64,000 bases of DNA, taken from assembly GCF_963921235.1 (NCBI RefSeq), contig NC_086108.1, positions 43,464,001-43,528,000 of the forward strand. The letters are read 5' to 3'. Position numbers and translations under genes: made by a program. This DNA comes from Mobula hypostoma. Lineage: Eukaryota. Shown piece by piece: positions 11,521-24,462 of the stretch. Within the stretch, counting starts at the first letter, position 1, and the number at the start of each line of letters is the position of its first letter. A model generated the notes under the pieces. The model ran no database searches and was not told the origin of the DNA. It saw only the letters and a list, made by a program, of their open reading frames with translations.

Positions 11521-14500
11521 GATAAATTAATTTAATTTACTTCGGAGTTGGTAATGGAGGCAGTAGATAGGGCAGTCCAGTGCTCCGATTGTAAGATGTG
11601 GGAAGTCAGGGACAGCACAATTGTCTCTGATGACTACACCTGCAAAAGGTGCATCCAGCTGTAGCTCCTGTTAAACCGAGTTAGGGAGCTGGAGCTGGAT
11701 GAACTTTGGATCATTCGGGAGGCAGAGGCAGTAATAGGTCGGAGTTTCAGGGAGACAGTCACCCTTAAAAGTCAGGAGAGAGGTAACTGGGTGACTGTCA
11801 GGAGAGGGAAGGGGAATAGACAGAAAGAGCAGAGCACCCCTGTGGCCGTTCCCATCAACAATAAGTATACTGTTTTGGATACTGTTGGTGGGGACGACCT
11901 ACCAGGGACAAGTTGTAGTGGTCGCGTCTCTGGCATCAAGACTGGACCCTCAGCTCAGAAAGGAAGGAGGAAAAAGAGGAGAGCAGTAGTGATAGGGGAT
12001 TCGATAGTTAGGGGGACAGATAAGAGGTTCTGTGGGAGAGATTGAGAATCCCGGATGGTCTATTGCCTCCCTGGTGCCAGGATCCATGATATCTGGGATC
12101 GAGTTCTTGGTATTCTCAGGAGCAGCCAGATGTCGTGGTCCACATGGGGACCAATGACATAGATAGGAGTAGGGATGAGGTCCTAAAGAAGGAATATAAG
12201 GAGTTAGGAGAGAAGCAGGACCTCAAGGGTGGTAATCTCGGGATTGCTGCCTGTGCCCCGAGACAGAGAGGATAGGAACAGGAAGTTATGGCAGATAAAT
12301 GTGTGGCTGAAGAGTTGGTGCAGGGGGCAGGGGTTCAGATTCCTGGATCATTGGGATCCCTTCTAGGGAAGGACTGACCTGTACAAAGAAGACAGGCTGC
12401 ACCTGAACTGGAAAGGGACCAGCGGGCAGGTTTGCTAGAGCTGTTGGGGAGGGTTTAAACTGGTTTGGCAGGGGGGTGGGAATCAGAATGTGAGTGCAGA
12501 GATTAGGGTAGAAGGACAAGGGCATGATGCTATGTGTTCTGAGTTGGTGAAGAAGGACAGGTAGGGAACAAAACAAAAATGTAGCCAGTTAGAGGGGTTG
12601 AAATGTGTCTACTTCAACATGAGGAGTATTAGGAATAAAGGGGATGAACTTAGAGCATGGATCAGTATATGGAACTACAATGTTGTGGCCATTACTAAAA
12701 CTTGGCTGGAGGAAGGGCAGGATTGGCTGATGCAGGTACCAGGGTTTAGTTGTTTTAAGAGGAATAGGATGGGAGGTAGAAAAGGGGGGGGTGGTGAGGG
12801 GAGTAACATTACTGGTCAGGGATAGTATCACGGCTATAGAAAGGGAGGACGCTGCAGAGGGAGTGTCTACTGAGTCAGTGTGGTTGGAAGTCAGAAATAG
12901 GAAGGGATCAATCACTGTGCTGGGAGTAGTCTATAGGCCCCCAAATAGCCCTCGGGACACCGAGGAGCAGATAAGAAGGCAGATTTTAGAATGGTGCAGG
13001 AAATACAGGGTTGTAGTTATGGGTGATTTCAACTTCCCTCATATTGACTGGTACCTCCTGACTGCAAGGGGGACAGATGGGGCTGAATTTGTCAGGTGCG
13101 TTCAAGAAGGATTCCTGACACAGTATGTCAGCCGGCCAATGACAGTAGAGGCCATAACTGGATCTAGTTCTGGGTAATGAACCTGGTCAGGTGGCAGACC
13201 TCTTGGTGGGGGAGCATTTTGGTGAGAGGGACCACAACTCTCTTAGCTTCAGCATAGCTATGGAAAAGGATAAAAACAGACAAAATGGGAAAGTGCTTAA
13301 CTGGGGAAGCTCTAACTATGAAGGGATGAGGCAGGAACTAGTGAGAGTAAATTGGAAATAGATGTTCAAGGGTGAAAGCACAGAAGTAATGTGGAGGAAG
13401 TTTAGGGACCACTTGTGCTGGGTTCAGGATAGGTTTGTTCCACTGAGACAAGGAAAAAATGGTAGGTAAAGGGAACCGTGGCTGACGAAACACGTGAGGC
13501 AACTCGTCAAGAGGAAGAAGGATGCAGGAGGGGCTCGTGAGAAATATAGGGTAGCCAGGAAGGAGCTTAAGAAAGGACTTAGGAGAGCTCGAAGGGGGCA
13601 TGAGAAAGCCTTGGCATGTAGGGTTAAGGAGAACCCTAAGGCGTTTTATGCGTATGTGAAGAACAGAAGGATGACAAGAATGAAGGTGGGGCCGCTAAAG
13701 GATAAAGAAGGCAACATGTGCCTGGAGGCGGAGGAGATTGGGGAGGTCCTAAATGAATATTTTGCTTCAGTAGTCACAGGTGAAAAGGACCTTGATCAGG
13801 GTGAGGTCGAAATAGAACAGGCCTGTGTGCTGGACAATATGGAGATTAAGGAAGAAGTGGTGTTGGACCACCTTAAAAAAAACATCAAGATTGATAAGTC
13901 CCCAGGGCTGGACGTGATATACCCCAGGTTGCTGTGGGAAGTGAGAGAAGAGGTCACTGGAGCAGTAGCTATGATCTTTGAATCCTCTTTGGCTGCAGGG
14001 GATGTGCCGGAGGATTGGAGAATGGCAAATGTAGTTCCCTTGTTTAAAAAAAGGTAATAGGGAGAATCCTGGGAATTATAGACTGGTGAGTCTTATGTCG
14101 GTGGTCTGCAAACGATTGGAAAGGATTCTTAAGGATAGGATCTACGAGCATTTGGAGAAGTACAGTCTACTCATGATCGTCAACATAGCTTTGTGAAGTG
14201 CCTCACGAGCCTAACTGAGTTTTTTGAAGAGGTAACAGAAGAGATTGATGAGAGTAGGGTAGTAGATGTCTACATGGATTTTAGTAAGGCATTTGACAAG
14301 GTCCCCCACGAGAGACTCCTCCAGAAAGTCATGAGGCATGGGATCAGTGGAACCTTGGCTGTTTGGATAAAAAATTGGCTTACAGGAAGAAAGCAGAGGG
14401 TAGTAGTGGAAGGAAAGTATTCTGCCTGGGGGTCGGTGACTAGTGTAGTGCCGCAAGGATCTGTCCTGGGACCTCTACTCTTTGTGATTTTTTTTTTTTA

Positions 14501-15442
14501 TAAGTGACCTGGATGAAGAGGCAGAAGGATGGGTGAATAAGTTTGCGGATGACACGAAGATTGGAGGAGTTGTGGATGGAGCTGTAGGTTGTTGAAGGTT
14601 ACAAGAGGATATAGACAGGATGCAGAGTTGGACAGAAAAGTGGCAGATGGAGTTCAATCCGGATAAGTGTGAGGTGATGCATTCTGGAAGGACAAACCAG
14701 AAAGCTGAGTACAGGGTTAATGTCGGTTACTTAAGAGTGCGGACGAACAGAGGGACCTTGGGGTTCAAATCCATTCATCCCTCAAGGTCGCTGCACAGGT
14801 TGATAGGATAGTTAAGAAGGCCTATAGGATGCTAGGCTTCATTAATAGGGGGACTGAGTTCAAGAGTAGAGAGGTCATGTTGCAACTCTACAAATCTCTG
14901 GTGATACCACACTTTAGAGTATTGTGTTCAGCTTTGGTCACCTCATTATAGGAAGGGTGTGGAAGCTACAGAGGAGATTTACCAGGATGTTGCCTGGATT
15001 GGAAAACAAGTCCAATGAGGCAAGGTTAGCAGAGCTGGGATTTTTCTCTTTGGAGCGTAGAAGGATGAGAGGAGGCTTGATAGAGGTCTACAAGATTATG
15101 AGAGGCATAGATAGGGTGGATAGCCAGTACCTATTTCCCAGGGCAGGAATAGCAAACACTGGAGGGCATATGTACAAAGTTACAGGAGGAAGATTAGGGG
15201 AGACATCAGGGGTAAGTTTTTTACACAGAGAGTTGTGGGTGCCTGGAATGACTTGCCAGGGGTGGTGGTGGAGGCTGAGACATTAGGGGTATTTAAGAGC
15301 CTGTTGGACAGGCACATGGATGAAAGAAAAATAGAGGGTTATGGAGTAGTGTGGGTTTAGTACTTTTTTTAGGAATATATGGGTCAGCACAATATTGAGG
15401 GCTGAATGGCCTGTACTGTGCTGTAGTATTCTAGTGTCTAGT
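11521..15442 (+). mobile_element. near full-length CR1 LINE (ORF1 zinc finger + SGNH esterase; ORF2 APE endonuclease + RT), disrupted
   Basis: ORF1 from ATG 11554 has CSDC..CKRC and VVIGDSIVRG. ORF2 has YFNMRSI, VYRPP, MGDFN, DFSKAFD, PQGSVLGP and FADD. TCTAGTG-type tail at about 15430-15442. Many stops and frameshifts. Confidence 0.92.
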
Positions 15443-15930
15443 ATATGAGGGATTCTTGATTATGTTGGCTGCTTTCCCAAGGTAGCAGGAAATGTAAACA
15501 GATTGACTGGAGGGGAGGCTTATTTTCCTGATTGCCGGGGCTGCATTCACAACTCTCTTGCGGTCTTGGGCAGAGCAGTTGCCATTCCAAGCTGTGATGC
15601 ACCAGGATAGGGTGCTTCCTGTGGTGCATCTGTAAACATTTGTGAGGGTCAATAGGGGTCTGCTGAATTTCCGGAGCCTTATGAGGAAGTAAAGACACAA
15701 GTGTGTTTTCTTGGCCATAGCATCTATTTGGCTGGATCAAGACAAGTTGGTGACATTTACACCTAGGAACTTGATGCTCTTAGCCACGTCCACCTCAGCA
15801 CCATAGATACAGAAAGGAATTTGTACTCTGTTCTGCTTCCTGAAATCAATAACCAGGTCTTTTGTTTTGCTGACATTGAAGAAAAGGTGATTGCCCTGAC
15901 ACCATTCTGCTTGGTTCTCTATTCCTTTCC
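15443..15930 (-). mobile_element. Rex1-clade LINE fragment (right part)
   Basis: Minus-strand peptide LYFLIRLRKF..YRCT..CITAWNGNC. Confidence 0.7.
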
Positions 15931-16031
15931 TGCCAAAAAGAAATGAGACAAAAAGAAATGCTTCAGATGTTAGATTTCAAGCTGGAAAAGGTTAACACAC
16001 TAGAGAAAAGTCACATCATTATGAGATCAAT

Positions 16032-16602
16032 CAGTTCAGTTGTTCGTCCATCATTGACGTCGATGAGGACCTCGACACCATAATGATGGTGTCGAGACTA
16101 GCGCATGATGTGGATTTAAGTGAGGGAGAGTTGTGCAGCGTCAGCCTCACTCTCTCTTCCCAATTCCCATCTGGGTCCAGTGGCAAGACAGAGTCTAGAC
16201 GGCTGGAGATGGGACTAGGTGCAGTGGATGACCAGGACATCTTCTGTTGTCTTGTCCTGCTCTACACGTTCCACGACGCTTGCAGAGACCGCCTTCTTGA
16301 CCGTTGGACCTTCCATTGGTCTCGTCTGCTCAATCTGCCGGAGTCTGTCTTCACATGCTGGGATAGACAACTCCCTATCTCACCGAGGGTTTGAGACCCG
16401 TCGGCTACCCTCACCTGGTTTAGCCGGCTTGTCGAAGCCGTTGCCCGGGGTGTGGCTGCTGTTGCATGCAAACAGCTACGGGGAGCCACAGGTGAGAGCT
16501 GAGTGCCAGGTGGAGACCAAAGGTGGACTAACCGCCCTGAAAAGGACGCGACATGTTTCCCCACCAGAAGTGCTACCCCTCCCTGACACCCCATATACCC
16601 CA
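16032..16602 (-). mobile_element. non-autonomous RTE-type retroelement (5' UTR + 3' end), about 571 bp
   Basis: Exact 11-bp TSD ATGAGATCAAT at 16021-16031 and 16603-16613. RTE-like 3' end GATGGACGAACAACTGAACTGA. No RT ORF. 5' end carries a ribozyme fold. Confidence 0.8.
16407..16592 (-). ncRNA. HDV-like self-cleaving ribozyme (predicted)
   Basis: P1 GGGGUGU/ACACCCC, P2 GCUCUCACCUG/CAGGUGAGGGU, P3 GGC/GCC, L3 UCCCCGU, P1.1 CC/GG, GCAA, P4 CGGCUU/AAGCCG, J4/2 GCUAA. Confidence 0.75.
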
Positions 16603-17899
16603 ATGAGATCAATAATAGGTTGGGATCCACTGTGGATTAAAAATGAATAGAAGTGCAATGCTACAAGTTGGGGCATGGAAAAAGCTCAGATTTATGTAAA
16701 GTGGGAGCAAGTCATAGGGTACCAGAAGAATGAATGGGAATGGATTTTTTTTCAGCCTTTCTCAACATACAAGTCAGACTCAGACTTTTTTTACTACCAT
16801 TCATAATTCAGTGTCTTTTTACCTGCTGGATGGAAATTACTTATACTGAACGGTTATCTTCTGCTTAAATGTTGACACCTTACGCTTGCTGCTAATGCAG
16901 AAGTATTTGATTCTTAGCCTAAATGTCTTTTGAAGTTTTCATCTGATGTATTTAATCCATCCTCTACATTTAAAAAGTTAAATGTTTTCAGTTTGTCAAA
17001 AGACTTAATTTTTCAACATAATAATAAACAAGGTAGTGATCAATGCTTTAAATATGCTGAGAAAGTTAGTCTTGTTGGTTCTATAAGATTAGCTGGTCTT
17101 GCTGTTCAGTGCATAAAATCGGATCAAAAATGTGATGCTTGGCAGATCTGTGCTGGTTTAGTTCTATTTTCACTAGACTAATCAAAGGATATCTTCAACA
17201 ATAACTTATATTCTTTTGCCCTGACACTTCTGAATTCTGACAGTTCAGTCTTTCTCTCTCATTTGTCTGATTTTGTCAGATTGTAACACATGGATTTGTG
17301 CAGTGTCCCTCAAACTGTCATTCAGGAAAATGACAGATATGAAATAGTAAACAATAGATAAAGAGAATGGGATATTATCAGAATACAAATACTGATTTCC
17401 TTCAGTTGAATATCTGCAGTGCCCACTTATTCCATTTGCAGATTCTTCATCTTAACCAGTAACTCATTTTTTTTCTCCAGTCACTCCGGCCAAGCTATGT
17501 GTTATCTTCATACAATATATATCTGGTAATCCTGAACAGATGAACAGAATCCTGTGAAACTTTGTGACAACTGATACAATGTTAATTTTGTTTTCTTGTA
17601 CACAGACTTTAACTCAGCTATTATAATTGCTGCCCTGAGTCCTGTTAAGTACTAACTCTTTCTTCTATTCTGCAACCATAAGCTCATACTTTCCCATGCC
17701 TTCACTGGCTTCCTGTTTCCTGCCATATTAAATTCACAGTTCTCACTTTAGTTTTCAAGCCTTCTTGAGAGGTGGCTATACTAAATTTGCCCAGCCCATC
17801 AATTGTCTGATTTTAGTTTTCTAGTTTTACTTGCCCCTCAGGAGGATGGCTATCAATTTTATTGCTTGTGCTTTTGTGAATGCTTTTTGCTATATTTTT

Positions 17900-18443
17900 C
17901 CTATTTCATAATTCCTATGAAACCTTTCGTGCCGAAATGGCGTAAAGTGAAGAAGCAATTACCATTAATTTATATGCGAAAACTTTTTCAGCGTTTCCAG
18001 ACCCAAAAAATAACCTACCAAATCATACCAAATAACACAAAACCTAAAATAACACTAACAAATAGTAAAAGCAGGAATGATATGATAAATACACAGACTA
18101 TATAAAGTAGAAAAAATGTATGTACAGTGTAGTTGGGAAGATTAAGCCAAAACTGATTTGTGGAAAAAAAAAGATCGGCACATACGCGCATGTGCACACA
18201 GGTGCCCGCACAAGGCTTCATGGTCATGGTAGTCTTTCTCAGGGTAAACTCAAGAGTCCCGTATTTGACTGCTATTTTTGTCCCTCATTTGGGAGTGAGA
18301 AAGTTGGCAACCCTAACTGAAAAAGACATGTTGAGGTGAGTTTAACCCTACTGAACACTCCCCCCTCCCCCTGGTCGGCCAGTCTGCAAGAATATTGTCA
18401 ATATTAAACCGGTCCGCGATGCAAAAAAGGTTGGGGACCCCTG
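17900..18443. mobile_element. non-autonomous hAT (Charlie-like) element; right TIR visible, left boundary uncertain
   Basis: Ends AAAAGGTTGGGGACCCCTG, closely matching the reverse complement of the CAGGGGTCCCCACCCTTTT terminus at 22141, with shared subterminal sequence. Confidence 0.6.
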
Positions 18444-18449
18444 CTTTAA

Positions 18450-21400
18450 ACTAAATATAGCATGGGGGTGGGTTCAACAGATTGAAGAAGTATGGCTAAA
18501 GTAAAAGAGAAAAACATGGATAAAGTAAAGAGAAAAGTAAGGGTGGAGTGCAGAAACGTCAAGTGCACAAGAGACAAAGAATACTAAATTTTAGAGGCTC
18601 AATGAGTGTAAGGGCACTTTATCTGAATGTCCGATTTATTTGAAACAAGGTCAGTGAACTTGTGGCACAGATCAGTATAAAGGAGTATGATTTAGTGGCC
18701 ATTACAGCAATGTGCTTGCAGGGTGGAGAGACTTGGGAATTAAATATCCAAGGATATCAGGTAATATGGAAGGATAGGCAGGAAGGTAAGGGAGGTGGGG
18801 TAGTGCTCTTAATTAAGGATGAGATCAGGGCGATGTGTGAGACAATACAAGATCTAATGAGCAGAATGTTGAATACATCTGGGTAGAGATTAGGAATAGT
18901 AAAGGGGAAACAAAATCACAGGTGGGAATTCAAGCAACACATACAAAATGCTGGTGGAACGCAGCAGGCCAGGCAGCACCTATAGGACGGAGTACAGCTG
19001 ACATTTCGGATCGAGACCCTTTGTCAGGACTAACTGAAAGAAGAGGTAGTAAGAGATTTGAAAGGGGGAGGGGGAGATCCGAAATGATAGGAGAAGACAG
19101 GTGGGGGAGGGATGAAGCCAAGAGCTGGGAAGTTGATTGGCAAAAGGGATACAAGGCTGGAGAAGGGGGAGTGTCATGGATGGAAGGCCTTGGAAGAAAG
19201 ACGGGGAGGGGAGCACCAGAGGAAGATGGAGAACAGGCAAGGAGTAATTGTGAGAGGAAAAGAGAGAATAAATAAATAAATTAGGGATGGAGTAAGAAGG
19301 GGAGGAGGGGCATTAAGGGGAGTTGTCTATAGGTTACTGAATAACAACATTACGGTGGCACAGGCAGTAAACCGTGAAATATCTGAGGCATGTAAGAATG
19401 GAACAGTTATCATGGGAGAATGTTAACTTGGGTAAATCAAGTTGGTCAAGGCAGTCTTAAGAAGGACTTCATAGAATGCATATGTGAAAGCTTTCTTAAA
19501 CAGCATGTTACTGAACCTACAAGGGAACATGCTGTCTTCGATCTGGTCCTGTGCAATGAGATGGGTAAAATTAGCAATCTTGTAGTTAGGGATCCTTTTG
19601 GTAAATGGAGGGTGCAATAGTTCGATCTAAAACCAGTGTATTATGCCTAAACAAGGATGAAGGAGGAGTTGGATAGGATAGACTGGGAACACAGGCTATA
19701 TGTTGGGATGGTTGAGGAACAGTTGAAGACTTTCAAAGAGATTTTTCACGGTGCTCAACAAAAGTATATTCCAGTTAAAAGCAAGGACAGTAAGGGTGGG
19801 GAGAGCCAGCCTTGGATAACTAAGAAAATAAAGGAAGGCATCAAACTAAAAGCTTGTGTATATAAAGTTGCCAAGAGTAGTGGGAAACTGGAAGATTGGA
19901 AATACTTTAAAAAGCAACAAAGAACCACTAAGCGAGCAATAAAGAAAGGGAAGATAGATTATGAAACTAGCACAAAATATAAAGACGGAGAGTAAAAGTT
20001 TTCTATAATTATATAAAGCGGTGGCCAAAGTGAACGTCGGCCCCTTGGAGTACGAGAAGGAGGAATTGATAATAGGAATGAAGAAAGGGCCAAGGCTTTG
20101 AATGACTTTTGTGTCGGTTTTCACGGTGGAGGACATGACTAACATGCTGAAGAGAGATGAATTGGATGTGATGGGCGGTGAGGGCTTCGATACAATAGCT
20201 ATCACTAAAGAGGTAGTGTTGAGCAAACTTCTGGGCCTAAAGATAGACAAGACCCCTGGTCCTGATAGAATGCATCCCAAGGTGCTGAAAGAAATGGCAG
20301 AAGTTGTAGTTGAGGCTTTGATGATAATTTACCAAAATTCGCTGGACTCTGGGCAGGTCCCCGGCGGATTGGAAGAAGGCGAATGTCACACCATTGTTCA
20401 AAAAAGGATATAGGCAAAAGGCAGGTAACTAGTCCGGTTAGTTTAACATCTGTAGTTATACTTGAGGCTGTCTCTAAAAAAGAAATAGTGAAGCATCTGG
20501 AAAGAAATGGATTCATCAGACAGACGCAGCATGGATTCAGCAAAGGCAGGTTCTGTTCGACAAACTTACTGGAGTTCTTTGAGGATATAACAAGCACAGT
20601 GGATAGAGGGAAACAGATGGATGTTATTTACTTGGATTTTTAGAAAGCTTTTGATAAGGTGCCACATAAAAGATTTATTCATAAGATAAGTAGGCATAGA
20701 GTTGGGGGTGATGTATTAGCATGAATAGAGAATTGGTTAACCAGTAGAAAGCAGAAAGTCTGGATGCATGGGTGTTTCTCTGTTTGACGATCAGTGGTGA
20801 GCGGTGTACCGCAGGGGCCGGTGCTAGGCCCGCATTTTTAACAATATACATTAACAATGTGGCAGAGGGGACTAAGTGTACTGTATCTGAGTTTGCTACA
20901 TTGAGTGGAAAAGCAAATTTTGTAAGAGGATACGGAGAGTCTGCAGAGAGATGTGGATAGGTTAAGTGAGTGGGTAAGGGTCTGGTAGATGGAGTACAAT
21001 GATGGTAATTGGAAGGAAAAACAGAAGATCAGATTATTATTTAAATAGTAAAAGATTGCAGCATGCTGCTGTGTTGAAGGACTTGGGAGTACTTGTGCAT
21101 GAATCGCAAAAGGTTGGTTTGCAGGTGCAGCATGCCATCAAGAAGGCAAATGGAATGTTGGCCTTCATTGCTAGAGGGATTGAATTTAAGAGCAGGGAGG
21201 TTATGCTGCAACTGTACAGGCTACTGGTGAGGCCGCATCTGGAGTGCTGCGTGCAGTTCTGGTCTCCTTACTTGAGGAAGGATATACTGGCTTTGGAGGC
21301 AGTGCAGAGGACATTCCCCAGGTTGATTCCAGAGATTGCAGGGGCGGGGGGGAGGGATGGTTAGACTACAAGGAGTGATTGAGTCACCTGGGACTGTACT

Positions 21401-21810
21401 CGCTGGATTTCAGAAGGATGAAAGGAGACCTTAGAGAAACATATAAAATTATGAAAGGGATATTTAAGATAGAGGCAGGAAAGTTGTTTCCACTAGTAGG
21501 TGAGATTAGAACTAGGGGACATAGTCTCAAGATTTGCGGGTGTAAATTTAGGTTGGAGATGAGGAGGAATTGCATTTCCCAAAGAGTGGTGAATCTGTGG
21601 AATTCTCTGCCCAGTGAAGCAGTGGAGACTAACCCAATAAATATATTTAAGACAAGGTTGGATAGATTTTTGCATAGTAGGGGAATTGAGGGTTAGGTGG
21701 GAAAAGGCAGGTAGGTGGAAATGAGTCCTTGGTCAGATCAGCCATGATCTTATTGAGATGGCCCAGATGGCCTAATCCTGCTTCTATTTCTTAGGTTCCT
21801 ATGTTCTTGT
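18450..21810 (+). mobile_element. CR1 LINE ORF2 (APE + RT) and 3' UTR, degenerate
   Basis: YDLVAIT, DKTPGPDRMHPKVLKE, QHGFSKGR, VIYLDF, CVQFWSP, TRGHSL; TTCCTATG-type tail. Confidence 0.9.
18931..19314 (-). mobile_element. Penelope-like terminal (pLTR) fragment inserted in CR1
   Basis: Same sequence as the termini at 32322, 50009 and 62200; degenerate hammerhead motif at 18996-19031. Confidence 0.8.
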
Positions 21811-22140
21811 GTTTCTTATTCAACATGAGATGTTTCTGTTACCGTTACTGAAACCATTATAAAAATGGAGGAATATAAATTCAATACAAGGTACATCAAT
21901 ATGTTTTCATTTCCAGCATGAACAGGGAGCTGGAATTTAAAAAAAAAATATGCTTTGTTTTTAGCTGAAAACTGTGTGGGTAAAGCCTAAAGAGAATTTT
22001 CCCTCTATCCTTGTCTTCTTAACCACTTGGAATAACTAATTTCCTACACTCAATGTTGTTCTGTACACAATGATTCAATTTGGATATTCTACACGTCTGT
22101 TTTTTTTATTGCAATGTATGCCATGGCAGGTTTTCTAAGG

Positions 22141-23293
22141 CAGGGGTCCCCACCCTTTTTTGCAACGCAGACTGGTTTCTTATTGACAATATTCTTGCGG
22201 ACCGGGGGGGGGGGCCAACGGACAAGAGTAACAGTCAAATACGTTGTGTTTACCCCGAGGTAGACTACAGTGACCATGACGCCTTGCGCGGGCACTAGAA
22301 TGCATGTGTGTACGTGCCGATTTTTTCCTACAAATCATTTTTGGCAATTCTGTTCGGGGGGGTGCTGGGGGGGGTGTTAATCACGACTGGAATATAGGTG
22401 ATAAGTGGCTAATACACTCAGTTTTGTTTCTAAAGGGGTTTATCTAATGAATTTAATATTAAACACACAGCGCATATTTTCCTCGCATGAATATAGTGAT
22501 AAGTCAATTATCAGGGGAGGACAGGGGAGCTTGAAGTAAGTGTTAAACGAACTTCCAGTATAAGTGTTAGAGGCAGGTTCAATGTTATCATTTAAAGAAA
22601 AATTGGATAGGTATATGGACAGGAAAGGAATGGAGGGTTATGGGCTGAGTGCAGGTCGGTGGGACTAGGTGAGAGTAGCGTTCGGCATGGACTAGAAGGG
22701 CCGAGATCACCTGTTTCCGTGCCGTAATTGTTATATGGTTATATAAGTCACTTATAAGTTAATAGCATCATAACATTTTAAGTAACATTTGGATGTTAAG
22801 CACATATTTTCCCCGTATGAACATATAAAATCATTGCAACACACCAATATCACTGAATCAGTGGGAGCCCTGGGTTTGTTTTCCTGCAACAAGGTGGTCC
22901 TATCGAGGGGTGATGGGAGACAGCAATACTCGAATGGGGTTCTTTATGTCCAGTCTATTCCGCAATTTAGTTTTCGTTGCATTCATTGCAGAGATATGTT
23001 GGAAATGGTAGCAACGTTTTCAGTGCTTTTGTGGCTATCTCAGGATATTTAGCCTTGACTTTGGTCCAGAATGCCGGCAGAGATGTAATGTCAAACATAC
23101 TTTCAGTCCGCCGTCACTTGCAAGCTCAAGGAGTTGATCTCCTTGATGCACGGGTAATGACCTCGCGTGCGTTCAAGCTCAACAGTGGGCGTGACAGGGA
23201 ATGAGGAAAGGTGCAGCTGACTCATATTGCCAGATCATATTGTTTCCTCGCGGGACGGTAGCACATGCTTTGCGGCCCGGTACCTGGGGACCG
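22141..23293. mobile_element. hAT/Charlie deletion derivative with transposase C-terminal remnant and an embedded CR1 tail
   Basis: TIR CAGGGGTCCCCA at 22141. Minus-strand remnant SLPAFWTKVKAKYPEIATKALKTLLPFPTYLC (hAT dimerisation domain) at about 22985-23090. CR1 3' end at about 22515-22744. Confidence 0.8.
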
Positions 23294-23832
23294 TTGTTGT
23301 GGTGCCTTCACCTAATGTTCAGAGAAAGTTGTGGTCTGCAAAAAAACTGCATTGTAATGCTTATTGCACAGTTTTGACCAGCTCTGAAAGGGGAAATCAC
23401 TTGAATCTCATCAAAGAACTTGCAATGGCTTTCTTGACTTCCCAATGATTATAAAACATTTTAGGGCGAAGTAAGTTTCAGAAGTCACTGTTTACAATTG
23501 TCACTGTTGTAAAATGAAAACATGGCTGTCAGGATAAAGTCCATAGTCAACTGTGCGATAATTAATTATACAAGTTTACTTCTAAGTCACTATGATAAGC
23601 TATTGGTTCATCATACTTTAAGAATTCTAGTTACTACTGTATATCTCAAGCTGAAATTAGGGTTTTGAAAATTCTAATTCTATTTAATGAATTGATTTTT
23701 CACTTTGCACATTATTTTGAAAATTGTGAAACATCCATTATTTTTAGAAAATGCATTAAGTCACAAAATATTTTTGTTTGTTTTTACTATTCTAATTCAA
23801 GCCAGTTTCATTGTGTGGACATGTTTTAACAG

Positions 23833-23958
23833 GGTCAATTATTCAAGTACTGGCCAAGGATCAATGTCACCTCTAAAATCATCGAAGATCTCAATTACTT
23901 CTGCAAGTCCACGAAGAATATGCAGAAATCCTTTGCCTGCAAACAGTAATAACAAAAG
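23833..23958 (+). CDS. CDC14A: CDC14A coding exon (VNYSSTGQGSMSPLKSSKISITSASPRRICRNPLPANSNNK-S)
   Basis: CAG acceptor ending at 23832, GT at 23959. 126 nt, phase 2/2. Confidence 0.88.
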
Positions 23959-24462
23959 GTGAAGTTTTTGCATATTTTAAAAAAGATAATGTTTAAGAAC
24001 AATCTCGTGCTTTAATTACGTAAACACACCAGCTAAAGAAATTTTATTTTCCCTTTATTCTAAACATCTAAATGTACTTCCTGTCTAAGGAGATTCTTTA
24101 AAAAATATATATATATGTATGTAAAATGTTTAGTTAAGTGTGGAATATAGTATACCACTGGATTATTCAAACTGAGAAAATAAGATTAAACTGCATAAAG
24201 ATTTCAGTTTCAATTGCTGGTCTTGCAGTGCACCCAGGCATTAGCTAGTGTTACTCAGGCCTGAAAGGGTAATGAAAAAAAGATTTGGGAAGCCAGAAAA
24301 TTTCCTCTGTTGTCAAATATCTCAGTGTATACCAGATGAGGATACTGATTTGGGCAGGAGTTCAAATGACATGTTGACTCCACCTTATCAAAACTCATAT
24401 AATGTGACTAATAGGCACAGGTACCAAGAATGCTTGCATATATATATTTTTTGAAAAATGAT

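Noticed and set aside
16031..16676. ORFs of 66-143 aa in the TSD-flanked element
   Set aside because: No recognisable domains; better explained as structured UTR RNA.
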